64,000 bases of DNA from Octopus bimaculoides (taxonomy: Eukaryota), in contig NC_068996.1 in assembly GCF_001194135.2 (NCBI RefSeq), positions 24,594,541 through 24,658,540 on the forward strand. The letters run 5' to 3'. Shown here piece after piece: positions 13,536 to 27,249 of the stretch (the first letter of the stretch is position 1; each line of letters begins with the position of its first letter). The position numbers and the translations under genes are program-made. Under the pieces are notes generated by a model. That model saw nothing but the letters and a program-made list of their open reading frames with translations, was not told the DNA's origin and did no database searches.

Positions 13536-16271
13536 NNNNNNNNNNNNNNNNNNNNNNNNNNNNNNNNNNNNNNNNNNNNNNNNNNNNNNNNNNNNNNNNN
13601 NNNNNNNNNNNNNNNNNNNNNNNNNNNNNNNNNNNNNNNNNNNNNNNNNNNNNNNNNNNNNNNNNNNNNNNNNNNNNNNNNNNNNNNNNNNNNNNNNNNN
13701 NNNNNNNNNNNNNNNNNNNNNNNNNNNNNNNNNNNNNNNNNNNNNNNNNNNNNNNNNNNNNNNNNNNNNNNNNNNNNNNNNNNNNNNNNNNNNNNNNNNN
13801 NNNNNNNNNNNNNNNNNNNNNNNNNNNNNNNNNNNNNNNNNNNNNNNNNNNNNNNNNNNNNNNNNNNNNNNNNNNNNNNNNNNNNNNNNNNNNNNNNNNN
13901 NNNNNNNNNNNNNNNNNNNNNNNNNNNNNNNNNNNNNNNNNNNNNNNNNNNNNNNNNNNNNNNNNNNNNNNNNNNNNNNNNNNNNNNNNNNNNNNNNNNN
14001 NNNNNNNNNNNNNNNNNNNNNNNNNNNNNNNNNNNNNNNNNNNNNNNNNNNNNNNNNNNNNNNNNNNNNNNNNNNNNNNNNNNNNNNNNNNNNNNNNNNN
14101 NNNNNNNNNNNNNNNNNNNNNNNNNNNNNNNNNNNNNNNNNNNNNNNNNNNNNNNNNNNNNNNNNNNNNNNNNNNNNNNNNNNNNNNNNNNNNNNNNNNN
14201 NNNNNNNNNNNNNNNNNNNNNNNNNNNNNNNNNNNNNNNNNNNNNNNNNNNNNNNNNNNNNNNNNNNNNNNNNNNNNNNNNNNNNNNNNNNNNNNNNNNN
14301 NNNNNNNNNNNNNNNNNNNNNNNNNNNNNNNNNNNNNNNNNNNNNNNNNNNNNACTGGTACTAAATTTATTGACCCTGAAAGAATGAGAAGCAAAGTCAA
14401 CCTCAGTGGAATTTGAACTCAGAACACAAAGACAGATGGAATACTGTTAAGCATTTCACTCGACGTGCTAACATTTCTGCCAGCTGGCCACCTTAAATAA
14501 ATGGAAAGGATTTCCTGGTCGATGCATATCTAAACTACAAACATATAAATTAATCTCATTAGCTACTGGTTTGTAGGGATATTTGTATGAAGAATGCTTT
14601 ACATAATGTGTATAGTAGTGTTAGCCTGCACCAGCACCCTGTAAATTATACCCCCACTGTAATTTGAACTCAAAACTGCAAGCTAATAAGACACTTAATT
14701 ATAGTGTTTATTATTTTGCACGATGATCATCAGTCCAACCCTTAAATATCCGCTTTCAGCTACATAGACTGGACCATTTTTGAGAATCTATCCCAACCTT
14801 ATGATACCAACTTTCAATTAAATAGACTAGACCATTTGAAAATCTGTCCCAGCCTCAAGTGGTGAAACCTAATTTCAGCCAAATGGATAGGATCATCATC
14901 ATCATCATCATTTAACGTCCGCTTTCCATGCTAGCATGGGTTGGACGATTTGACTGAGGACTGGTGAACCAGATGGCTACACCAGGCTCCAATCTGATTT
15001 GGCAGAGTTTCTACAGCTGGATGCCCTTCCTAACGCCAACCACTCAGAGAGTATAGTGGGTGCTTTTACGTGTCACCCGCACGAAGGCCAGTCATGCGGT
15101 ACTGGCAACAGCCACGCTCAAAATGGTGTATTTTACGTGCCATCCACACAGGAGCCAGTCCAGGGGCACTGGCAACGATCTCGCTCAAAAGTCCGAAAAT
15201 TAAGTGTTTTGGTCATGCACAAAACACAGTGATGGTGATAGGACAGAAACTAAGGAATTTTCAGTCAGTCAACCAAGAAGAAACCATTAATTTATTGATT
15301 CGATAAACTGGGGACTCACCCTCATTATATAACACACACACACATACATTTATATAATATTATTTCTTTATTGCCCACAAGGGGCTAAACATAGAGGGGA
15401 CAAACAAGTACAGACAAAGGGATTAAGTCGATTACATTGACCCCAGTGCATAGCTGGTACTTAATTTATCAACCCCGAAAGGATGAAAGGCAAAGTCGAC
15501 CTCAGCAGAATTTGAACTCAGAATGTAATGGCAGACGAAATACCGCTTAGCATTTCACCCGGCCTGCTAACGATTCTGCCAGCTCACCGCCTATACATTT
15601 ATATAAACTAACACATACACACATACATTTATATAAACTAACCCTTTTCTTTGGGAGTTCTTTTTTAACATCTGGTGTTTTCGCTTCCTTATCTTTCTTG
15701 GTGGTTTTCCTTTCAGCTCCTTTCGATGACGAATCTGCCTTTTTGTCATCATCCCGCTTTCTCGTGTGCTTTGAATCTTCTTTCTTATCACTCTTCTTGT
15801 CTTCTTTCGCATCACCATCGTCTTGTTCTTCCTTCACTTCCTTCTTAACTCGTTCTTTCTCTCGTTTCACTTTGTCTTTCTTACTCGTCTCCTTTTTCAC
15901 AGGTTCTTCCTCGGACTTTTCTTTGGGCTCTTTCTTGACACAAACTTCATTTTCAGATTCTTCAACATTGGTGGCAGACTGAGTATCAGAGCTACTTTTG
16001 GCATTATCAGAATCTTTTGTTTTCTTGTCATCGTCATCTTTGTTCTAAATAAGAAACAGCATGAAAAAGTAAAATACATGTCAGGCTAAATACTGGACAG
16101 ACTACAAGTCAGCTTCAGTTTACCAAGTACTACAAATGAATCCCAATCTATCTAAGTAATTAATAAATAGGCTGTTGAAATTCTGCATCATTAATAAACC
16201 AACATTACACACACACAGTGCTACAATTAATAGTTGAATATAAATGTCTTTATACCTTATATATGTATATA

Positions 16272-16317
<46 letters not shown>

Positions 16318-19300
16318 CTCTTTTACTTGTTTCAGTCATTTGACTGTGGCCATGCTGGAGCACTGCCTTTGGTCGAAAAAATCGACCCCGGGACTTATTC
16401 TTTGTAAGCCTAGTACTTATTCTATCGGTCTCTTTTTGCCGAACCGCTAAGTTACGGGGACGCAAATACACCAGCATCGGTTGTCAAGTGATGTTGGGGG
16501 GGGACAAACACAGACACATAAACACACACACACAAACATATATATANNNNNNNNNNNNNNNNNNNNNNNNNNNNNNNNNNNNNNNNNNNNNNNNNNNNNN
16601 NNNNNNNNNNNNNNNNNNNNNNNNNNNNNNNNNNNNNNNNNNNNNNNNNNNNNNNNNNNNNNNNNNNNNNNNNNNNNNNNNNNNNNNNNNNNNNNNNNNN
16701 NNNNNNNNNNNNNNNNNNNNNNNNNNNNNNNNNNNNNNNNNNNNNNNNNNNNNNNNNNNNNNNNNNNNNNNNNNNNNNNNNNNNNNNNNNNNNNNNNNNN
16801 NNNNNNGTTTCGAAACTGTTTGTTCTTGCAATCTCTTCAGTAAAGAGTGCAATGAAATAATTTAACAAAAAACTATATAAATTAATAAAGGACTGAACCA
16901 GTGCGTGTGTTTATTACCGGCATAATGCATCTCCCAAGGTTTAATTGTATTTCTTTCAACACACGTATCCACATCAAGAATCTTGCACATATATACGACA
17001 GGCTTCTTTCAGTTTCCGTCTACCAGATCCACTCACAAGGCTTTGGTCGGCCCGAGGCTATAGTAGAAGACACTTGCCCAAGGTGCCACGCAGTGGGACT
17101 GAACCCGGAACCATGTGGTTCGTAAGCAAGCTACTTACCACACAGCCACTCATAATGCATTATGTATATATCAAATGCCAATAAAAGCATACCAACACAT
17201 AGCTTTACTCTCACAATACATTAAGTGTAGTATAGCTCAGGTGGTGACAGTTATATTGAAGCAAATATACTTACATACACAGAATGTGTTGAACAATCGA
17301 TAAGGAAGATATATATATATATATATCATCGTCAACATTTGATGTTTGTTTTCCATGCCACAGCAGGTTCCATAATCTGCTTCGGCCTGGTTTCTACAGC
17401 TGGATGCACTTCCGAATGCCAACCACTTTACAGAGTGGGGTTTTTTTATGTGGTGCCATCACCAGTGATTTTTACATGGCACCAGCACCCACACCCAGGC
17501 TTTTTAAGAGGTACCTTGGTTTTAAGGCATAAAGACATTTATATGTGACATTAAAGAATCACTCAAAATTCTTTAAACATTTGACTTCACTGTTAATCAG
17601 TAATTACTGAAATACCCCGGTGATTAGGTCAAGAAAGTAAAAAGTAATTATTTAAAATAAGATCAGCTCTACTGTATTATCATTAAATGAAGCTATTAAA
17701 CCAATCATGTTTAAAACAGAATTTTCCAAAAGAACATGGGAACTTACCTTTTCTTCTTCTTTAACAGCATTTTTCCGATCACGTGGTGAACGACAGCTAT
17801 CTCTAGCTCTTAAAAACAAAATGCTTCTTCCTGTACTGTGTCGACTGCTTCTTGGACGGCTAATTGTTCCCATTGTACTTCCAAGTTTGCGATAAAAATC
17901 TTCAAATGCATGCAAGTATCTGAAGAGAAAATAAGAAAAGTTTCATCACAAAAATATAAAATATATTGTATTTATTCATGTATATAATATGCATTTGTGT
18001 ACAACATATCACTGCACCTTCTAAGCCATGCAAACAAGTTTTGTAACCAGTGCACAAAAGAAATTTAGGTGTACACAAGAAAATAAATATTTCAGATTTA
18101 AGCACAAGACCAGTAATTTTGAGGTAAGGGGGGAAGTCACAAACATCAACCCCAAGACTTAACTGGTACTTCATTTTATTGACCTCGAAAGGATGAAAGA
18201 CAAAATGGATATCAATGGCATTTGAACTCAGAGTGTAATGAGTCAGAAGAAAAGCTTGCTAAGCATTTTTTCCAATGCATTAATTATTTTGCCAGCTCGT
18301 CATCTTCACACAAGAAAGTAATGACTGCATGAAGCGTTCATTACCTAAAATAATGTAGTAGTGTATAATTATGTATATTATTCCTTCATTGTACACATAA
18401 TTATGTCAGGCAAAAAAAAAAAAAAATTATGCAACAAAATTTTTGTATGTTGAAGGCCAGAAAACTTAGAAGAAACATTGCTCTCATGTGACCTTTGAAC
18501 TTTACCAGTGCAAGCCATAAAATATGTACCTGGTATAAAGTAATCATTGTGGAAATCATCCAAAAAAATTAGAACTAAATTTTAATTCAGTTCTATATTT
18601 AAGAGATGAGGAATTATGTACATTATTTACATTTGACAGATATTTGTCCTCATCTTGTTTGTTGTTAACACATTTAGACTGATATACCCTCCAACCTTCA
18701 TCAGGTGTCTTGTAGAAATTTCGAACCTGGGTCCTCATTCCTAAGGTATTTTTCGATGTTATTATTATTATTATTATTATAATTGTTATTGTTCAGGTCA
18801 CTGCTTGGAATCGTAGGGTCAGTAGCCTGCGCTCTTAACCACTATGCCATATGCCCATGGGCATAGCTGTCAAATGTAAAATATCCGTCAAATGTAAATT
18901 CTAATTGTTTAAATAAGCTACATCAGCTTGTTTACTGTTATTGGCAAAAAATAATCATCCTTCAAGATTTACAATATATAGCATAAATCCAAAATTTAAA
19001 AAGGAACTTACTTCTTATATGCATTCTTTATCTGATGTGAGCCATTATTGGATGCAGGCATTTTCATTTTTGAGTAGACCCATCTCCATTTCATTGTGTT
19101 TGTAACCTACAAGAAGAAAAGAAAAAGAAAAAATGGATATAAAATATGAAGATACTTCTAAGCTCTTAGGTATGGCTGTGTACTTAAGAATTCTACTTCT
19201 AAAACACATGGTTCTGATCTTAATCTCAATCCATGGGCAAGTGTTTAGATTGACCAATATTCTGTAAGTGGAATTTGCTAGATGGATGTACAAACCCCAC

Positions 19301-22300
19301 CATGTACACACAAAAACATATTTTTGTGTTATGTATGTTAATTTCATTTGCTATATATCGCCAAAGGGAAAAAAAAAGAGACGGTGCTCTTCCAATTTCA
19401 CTGAGTTAACAGGCACTCCTCCTATCACTTTCAGAAATGCAGTGAACAATGATTCAAATAGAATCCCAAATAAAATGGTTTCAAATTTCATAGATTTCTC
19501 AGTTTTTATAAATCTCTTTGTTTTCGCTTTGCTTTGTTTTTAATTTGATCATGGTTTCATTAGACGAAAGTGCCAGTGACCATTTTGCAAAACCACCAAA
19601 ACTGGTTGGGGAGTAAGTTAGTAAAAAACTACAATTGATAGGGAGAAACCGTGCAGCAAGATTTCAACTTACCTTATACTGGACACCTGTTCAGATATTG
19701 ATAACATAATATACTTTGCTAAAGGTACCCAAAGGTAAGTGGTGGTGTTAAATTGTTAAATTGCACAATCAATTAAGTCTGTCGCACAAGAACTAATTCA
19801 ATCCATAATTCCAATAATTCTGATAGGCTTCAATAGTTTCTGTTTATCCAATTTCACCAATGTGCACAGGCAGATGCTCATATACACATCATTATTGCTC
19901 TGTTTATTTATTTTTTTATCTTTATAATGAAGGTGTACAGTCTCACTGGTGAAAATTATGGTTAAGGGGATCAAGATCATTAATATTTTGATTTTCTGGC
20001 ATAGATATAATGAGAATTAGTATCATGAGTTGAAACTGACAAGAATTGACAGCAACATTTGTGGAATGTCTGATCATATGTATAAGTGATGGCTGAGCAA
20101 ATTACACTTATTTCCTACATAAAGCAGAATTCATATACAAAAATAATTACAAAAAGAAATATTTATGAAAGTGTTAACATTTCTTGTCACTCTCACTCTC
20201 ACTTTCTCTCTCCCTATCTCTTACAGTAGGTAGAGAGGAAGAAAAAATGTCAATATATAAACTGTACCTTATTATATCCTCCGAAGTTCTGAACAATTTT
20301 GAAGAGCTTATACAAATTCAAATCTCTGTTCCCTAATGAAGGTCCTTTATTGATTGGTGTTCCTGTTTGGAAATGTAAATTTGATTTTGATAATAGGTAA
20401 ATAGTATTAAGTCACAGACAACAACACAAGGAGTTAAATTTAAAAGCTAAAAGGGTAATCAATGCCAGCTAAATTCTCTAATGTTCATATAGAATATTAA
20501 CAACTTGCCATCTTCAGTTTATTGTCCATCACTGACATTGTTAAGAGAATTTAGTAGTAAAACCCCAATACTAAAGCTATCTGTTACAACTAGACCCAAC
20601 TTATAAAATCTATCCTGTCTTATTAATGCAATAGCCAACAAAGGCAGGACACCACAGTCAAAAAGGTTGGCTTAACAACAAAATTACACTGAAACCAGCA
20701 TAGATAATCAAAGATATACTAAGCTAAGAAATTACAGAAAATCAGCTTAGCGTGATCAATGCAATAACTACATTACTATAATAATTAACCAAACATTAAG
20801 TTTTCTCTGCTGTTTGAAAATCATCATTTTAGTTACATCTGACAAAAGATAAAGAAAAGCATCAGCAAATAAGTTTAATACACACCTCTGTCGTCCATAA
20901 ATTTATACAACTGAGCTACAAATCGATCTTCTTCTTCACAAGGTTCATCATCGGAGGACTGGAAACGAAGAAAAATAACAGAAAATATAACAAAAAAAAA
21001 CATAATATAACACTTGTTCTTATATGATTTTATTTGTTTCTTTTATAGAATTTTACCATTTTTTAAATTCTATAACAATTTCAGCTATAAAACCAGGTTA
21101 GCAGTACAGAGGAGTTCCCATAATCTACCAATCTTAAATTCCTCCTTTATGGACTGGAGAACTATGATAACAGGAAGGGCCTGATAACAAAATCCTAATG
21201 AATCTTACCTACTGTACTCATATGTAATTCTCAGTTGCTGACAGTATCCCTGTACATGACTTCAATGGCTCTCACTAGCCATTCATCTACTCCTAGCTTC
21301 CACAATAACCACCAGATCAGGGAGCTAAGTACAGCAGTTTACTTTTTTGCTAAATATTTCTCCTGCAATAGTACTTCTTCCTGGCACAAAATCAAAAAGT
21401 CATTAGCATCACAGAATTCCCACAGCCTTATTCTATCCTTTCTTCTAGAACCAAAGCCATAAGTTCTATATACACCATGAATTCTATTGGAGTATTATCC
21501 AACATGCAGATTGAAATTACCAGCTAAGATAATAGAGTCTGCCATCCATCATCAAGGCAATCTGCAGAAGGGACTCATAGAGATGTTCCTTTTGTTGATC
21601 TGTCAGTCCTGCTTGTAGAACATATGCCAAGACAAAGACTTCTCACCTGAGAGGGTGAGTAATATTGAAGCGGGTAGCTTTGTGCCAGGTGATGAGATGT
21701 TAAACTATGATAGGACATAAACAGGTGTCTTGCTGTAGAAACTGAAATGAAAAACTAATTCCTAAAAAAAAAAAACAATGTTGCTCTGAACATCTGACCT
21801 TTATTTATTAAGACAAACTTCACTTTATATGCCACACTACTACAACAATTTTGTTTCTATTTTGTTTCTATTCAAACGAAAGGTTTATTTTCCCTGGTTG
21901 AACAATAATCTATAAATCAGAAGCTTCAATCTGTTAACTTTCTCAAGAGTATCCCCTATAGCTATACATACTAAATATATTTGAAATTAAATTAACTTTC
22001 ATTTATTTGTAGTACAAAAATACTCGTAAAAATACACATTTTGGAAATTGACTGACAATGAGACAAAACTTTTATTGCAAGGAAAAACACCATTAAAATA
22101 ATAGATATTGAAATATGAAGTCAGTACTAGCAAGACCACATCTCAAAATTTGATATTTTAGTACTGCTAATTTCAGAACTGTACTTAAAATAGATTATAT
22201 AAGTAGATAACATAAAATAAATTGTTTTATATAGTTACATGTTTCCTTTAATTTATTCTCAAATTTATAATTGAGAAATATAGATAGACAGATAAAGAGA

Positions 22301-25300
22301 GGGGAGAGATTAAATAAAGAGGAATTTTGTTTACTTACATCTTCATCATCATTTTCACTATCATCATCAGTCCCAAGTAATTCTTCTTTAGTCCAGTTCT
22401 GTGGAAGTTCATGACAATCAAAGTATAATAATGCTTTCTCCATAGCTTGAAAATGAAAATAAAAATTAGAAATTATGTAATAAAATAGCCAACTGTTGGG
22501 CACGTTTCTTAATATAAAAATATGAAAAATATCAAAATTGCAAACATGGGACTTGAAAGAGAATGAAAATGAAATCACACACACACCAATAGAGAAAACA
22601 TATATAGCAATAAGAGAGCTGTTTTTCCAGCTCACATAAACAAATATACATGTATATTATAGCCAGTGCTAAAGATAGCATTAATTTAATAAGCTTTACA
22701 TCATATAAGTTTTCTTTTTTTTTTTTATTTTAACTATGATGGAATATATTGTATGATTTCTGCTTTTCAACATAGTATGCAACTAACCAAAATTGCCAAT
22801 AACCAACCAAACCAAACCAAACATTTTTATTTCTTTACATCAACAATATCACACTAATACTAAAAAAATATCACCACTTTTCTCAAATCTTTCTAGAATC
22901 TAATTCTAAATATATCCTGACATTACTAAATGTATGTAATAAAAACTTGGTCAATACTGTGGCTCTTTAAATCAGTTAATTAAACATTTGACTAGATTCT
23001 CATATCCACATAAATTTTACTCTCTGTAATGAGAATTCAGTTATAGGCACATCATATTGGTGTAATAAAAATGAATCATCATCATCATCATTTAACAGCA
23101 TGGTTTGGGCAATTTGGTAGGGGGGAGGAGACTAGGCAGATTGCATCAGGCTTTTCTGTCTGTTTGTCAGGGTTTTTACAGCTGCATGCCATTCCTAACA
23201 GCAACCACCTTACAGTGTGGACTGAGTGCTTCATAGAAAAATTAAATGCAATAAAAACTACTGGATATAATCATTTTGTAATCAACAAAATGATTATTTT
23301 CAAGAAAACTTTTACAAAAAAGTAAACATTAAACTTTGAGATAGCTAAAATTCAATAAAATTAGAAATAATTGTTTAAATCTTACCAGCTTTCAATCCTT
23401 TGTCTTCATTTTTCAGAGCTATTTCACGAGTAAAGTCTTTCAGATCTTTCTTTGATATTGTGATACTGAAAATCAAGAAATAAAAAAAATGTTAAAAAAC
23501 CAACTTTAAATTCATTTTCACATTCTTTTTTAAACAAATGAAATTACATTAAATGTTTATATAAAATAATTTATAAACCATAAATATATATGTAGAGAAG
23601 AAAAAACAGATAGTTAGGTTACTTGTACATGGCAAGTTGAAATCTTGTGGATATTATAAACAAGTAGTCTATATAAGGAAAACTATCTAATGTAAAATAT
23701 TTGACAATCAAATATTGTACAATGACAACATCATGGTTGGCTTTATCATTTGGAGTATTGAAGTACTGTTGAAGTGTCCATATTTTGTATCCTATTACCA
23801 GTAGTGTACTACGTCCATATCTAAATCACATAACTTATTTACAGCCTAGTCTAGCTAACTATAAAAACAGCATCATGCAGTGAGTCTGTTCAAATAACAG
23901 CATTATTCATATCAAATGTTCATATTTAAATATAAAATTTTCCATCATAGTTTCATGTACAGCAAGAATACATAAAGCATTTCAAATGCTAAAAACACTT
24001 TTGGAAACATTAATGTATCTTTACACTTAATCACAGAAAAGTAAAATTAAATAATACTCTTCTTTCAAAGGGAGAGACACATCATAAAGCGTTTGTACAA
24101 CACAAAATCAAACAGTAAATTGTCATTTACCATAAAAAAGAAACATGAAAGTTCATTTTCACAATTCTTTATAATTTTTCAGTAGAAGACTCGTGTTTTA
24201 TGTGCAATGTTGTGGGACTGAACCCAACAACGTATTTGTAAATAGATAATCACATATCATTTAAATTCATTTACTGATATCAGTCATTGTGCCAGTGACC
24301 AATATAATGAGTGCAATGCATTAGTCATTGTACTATGGCCTACCTACACTGGAGGAACAGGCTTTAACAATATAGTTGATTATATTAATCCCAGTACTTT
24401 GACTGATGCTTATTTTATCAATCTCAGAAGTCAGCCAAAGGTGATCTCAGTGGGATTTGGATGAAGAACATAACAGGGCGTAATCAAATAATACAAGGTA
24501 TTTTATCCACCATTCTACCATTGACTACCATTTGATAAAAGTATTTTAAAACATTTATATGAGCACAAAAATATCAAAGCAATTTTTTTTATTTTTATAT
24601 TTTTAAGCAATTGACAAAGAGAAATACACTTGCTAATTGGCAGAAAACACAGTGGTGTGTCTACATATACAAAACCATGGATTTAATTATATTTTTATAA
24701 TTATTTTATAATTATATTTTTGGCCATCACACACTCACAAGCACAATACAGACTACACACGTTTGAATTGAGCAATTTAATAAACCACAAAACACACACA
24801 TGGCACATGCAATTATCTTCCAAATACAAAAGGATTAACAAATGTTAAAAGTTTGCAAAATATTCAACATTTTCTATAGAACCCATACATTTGTCAATGT
24901 GTTTTATATATTCAAGTTTTTACTTACAATTTTCCATCTTTAAATGACCGCACAAGCAGGTGATCTTTGTTCTTCAATTCAACTTGATGAGCATCAGGTA
25001 AAACAACGAGAACAGGTACATATAAAGGGGATTTTCTCTTATCTCCAGTTTCCATACACATCACTTTTCCAACGAGTTCTTGAAATCGTCCTTTGTACGA
25101 TGCTCTTTTAGGCGGACTGTCTTCGGAGCTGCTGTCTTCTTCATAATCAGCCCTGAAAGATGAAGACAGGCTGTTCGATCAATGTTAATGCTGTTCTCCA
25201 GAATAAATACAATTACCAAATCATCAAAACTAAACATTGTCCTCCTTTCTGACTAGGTATGTAAGCCCTCCATTTTAAGGGAAGGGAAATGCCATATACT

Positions 25301-27204
25301 ATGTTTATGTCTTTCCAAGTAGCATAAAAGAAAAGAAATTGCTTCAATGAGAAAGTGAAAATGTATATATCTATCTTGTCATGTTAGGATCTTTTTTCCT
25401 GTTCTTCCCTTTACAATAATCCCAAATAAACCTGGGACTATACAACAAATTAAATTTACTGTGTGTTAATCAACACTATTACGCATAATCAATGGTTGAT
25501 ATCAAAGCAAGCGTATTATTGCATGTCATCTTATGTTTGCACTATTCTGGCTCGTTGATGCTTTTAGTAGAGTGCATCTCAACAGATGGGTGAGACAGAG
25601 GCAAATGGTCCAGAGTCTGCAATATCAAGACATATAAAAGTTAAATATGTATGTTATATTCTGATAACATTCAAAATGGAAGACTGATAAGTATAAACAG
25701 ACAAAAGATTTTATACATGTAAAATACTCGGTCACCACAAGAAGACTGAGGAAATATTCATTTTCAATCAGGAAAAAGAAGTTAATTAATAATAAGTTAT
25801 CAATTTACTACCACATATTCATGTTCAAATTGATAGTAAAAAGTGACTGCTCACTAAGACAGAACTCAATGCCTTTGCAAGCTCTCCAAGACCAGTGAGA
25901 TACCATATATGTTCCTCTTGAACATATATGGAATCAAGTCAAACTAAACCAGTAAGAATTCCAGAGGGTCAATGTTCTGGAAAGCAAAAACTGGGATTAG
26001 CAATTAGTGCAGGATGAGGGCTGAGCATAACAATAGTGATAACAAAAGGAAAGAAAAGTGTGATAAAAGTGTTTGAATGGAGATGGCTGGGTTAGCCAGC
26101 TCTAAGAAGCAAAGACCATTGTAACAATAGTAGAAAAAGAGAGAAGAGACAACATTCCCATGGACCAGAGGTTGAAAGTGACTCTATACCAATCAGTTGG
26201 GTGGCGCTTTTCTGGATGCTGTGTGGGATGCCTGTGTTTGCAGCAGCACTGCCCCCACAATATCTCATTGTGGGCATTGCTTGAGGTTTGTAGAGTGACA
26301 GCAATGACAGGAACCTATGCTTGAGAAGATTCATACAATCCAAACAAGCATGTGGCAACTTTTGGGAAAACAGACATAAAAAATAAAGATGCTTATAAAT
26401 TAACATTCATAAACATGTATTGAGTACTATTTTTCTTGTTGATACAATCAGGATGGGAGGAGGAGGTATAAAGTTATACTAAATTTAACAATTATGACTC
26501 CAGCTATATAAGATTACTTACCCTGAAGCAGAATACCTTCCTCTTTTCCCTTTCTTACTCTGCATTACTGGAGTCCCAAAGTGTTCTGGGTGAGACAGAG
26601 GCAAATGGTCCAGAGTCTGCAATATCAAGACATATAAAAGTTAAATATGTATGTTATATTCTGATAACATTCAAAATGGAAGACTGATAAGTATAAACAG
26701 ACAAAAGATTTTATACATGTAAAATACTCGGTCACCACAAGAAGACTGAGGAAATATTCATTTTCAATCAGGAAAAAGAAGTTAATTAATAATAAGTTAT
26801 CAATTTACTACCACATATTCATGTTCAAATTGATAGTAAAAAGTGACTGCTCACTAAGACAGAACTCAAAGTCAACATTAAAAAAAAAAATCTGTAACAT
26901 TAATATAAGGCTACATTAATCTAACAGCATACTACAAACTTTCAACTTCACAAGCTACGTGATTTATACAATCATATGCTTCGTTTGTAGTTACTCAATC
27001 TTGAAAACACTTATACACACTCACAAACACACCTTTACAACATCAACATAAGTATAAATATCCTTACTTCACTTTCTACAAAGTGTTTCTCTCCTTTTAA
27101 ACATAATTGAGTTCTTCTGAGTGTCCTCTCATCTCCATCATCAAACACTACAAAATAAAATTTATATTATTAATATTATTATTATATTATTAATATTATT
27201 ATTA

Positions 27205-27249
<45 letters not shown>

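Noticed and set aside
13445-14416. Long ORFs of 250-320 aa (also 16452-16868 and 36264-37210)
   Set aside because: They are runs of N translated as X, i.e. assembly gaps
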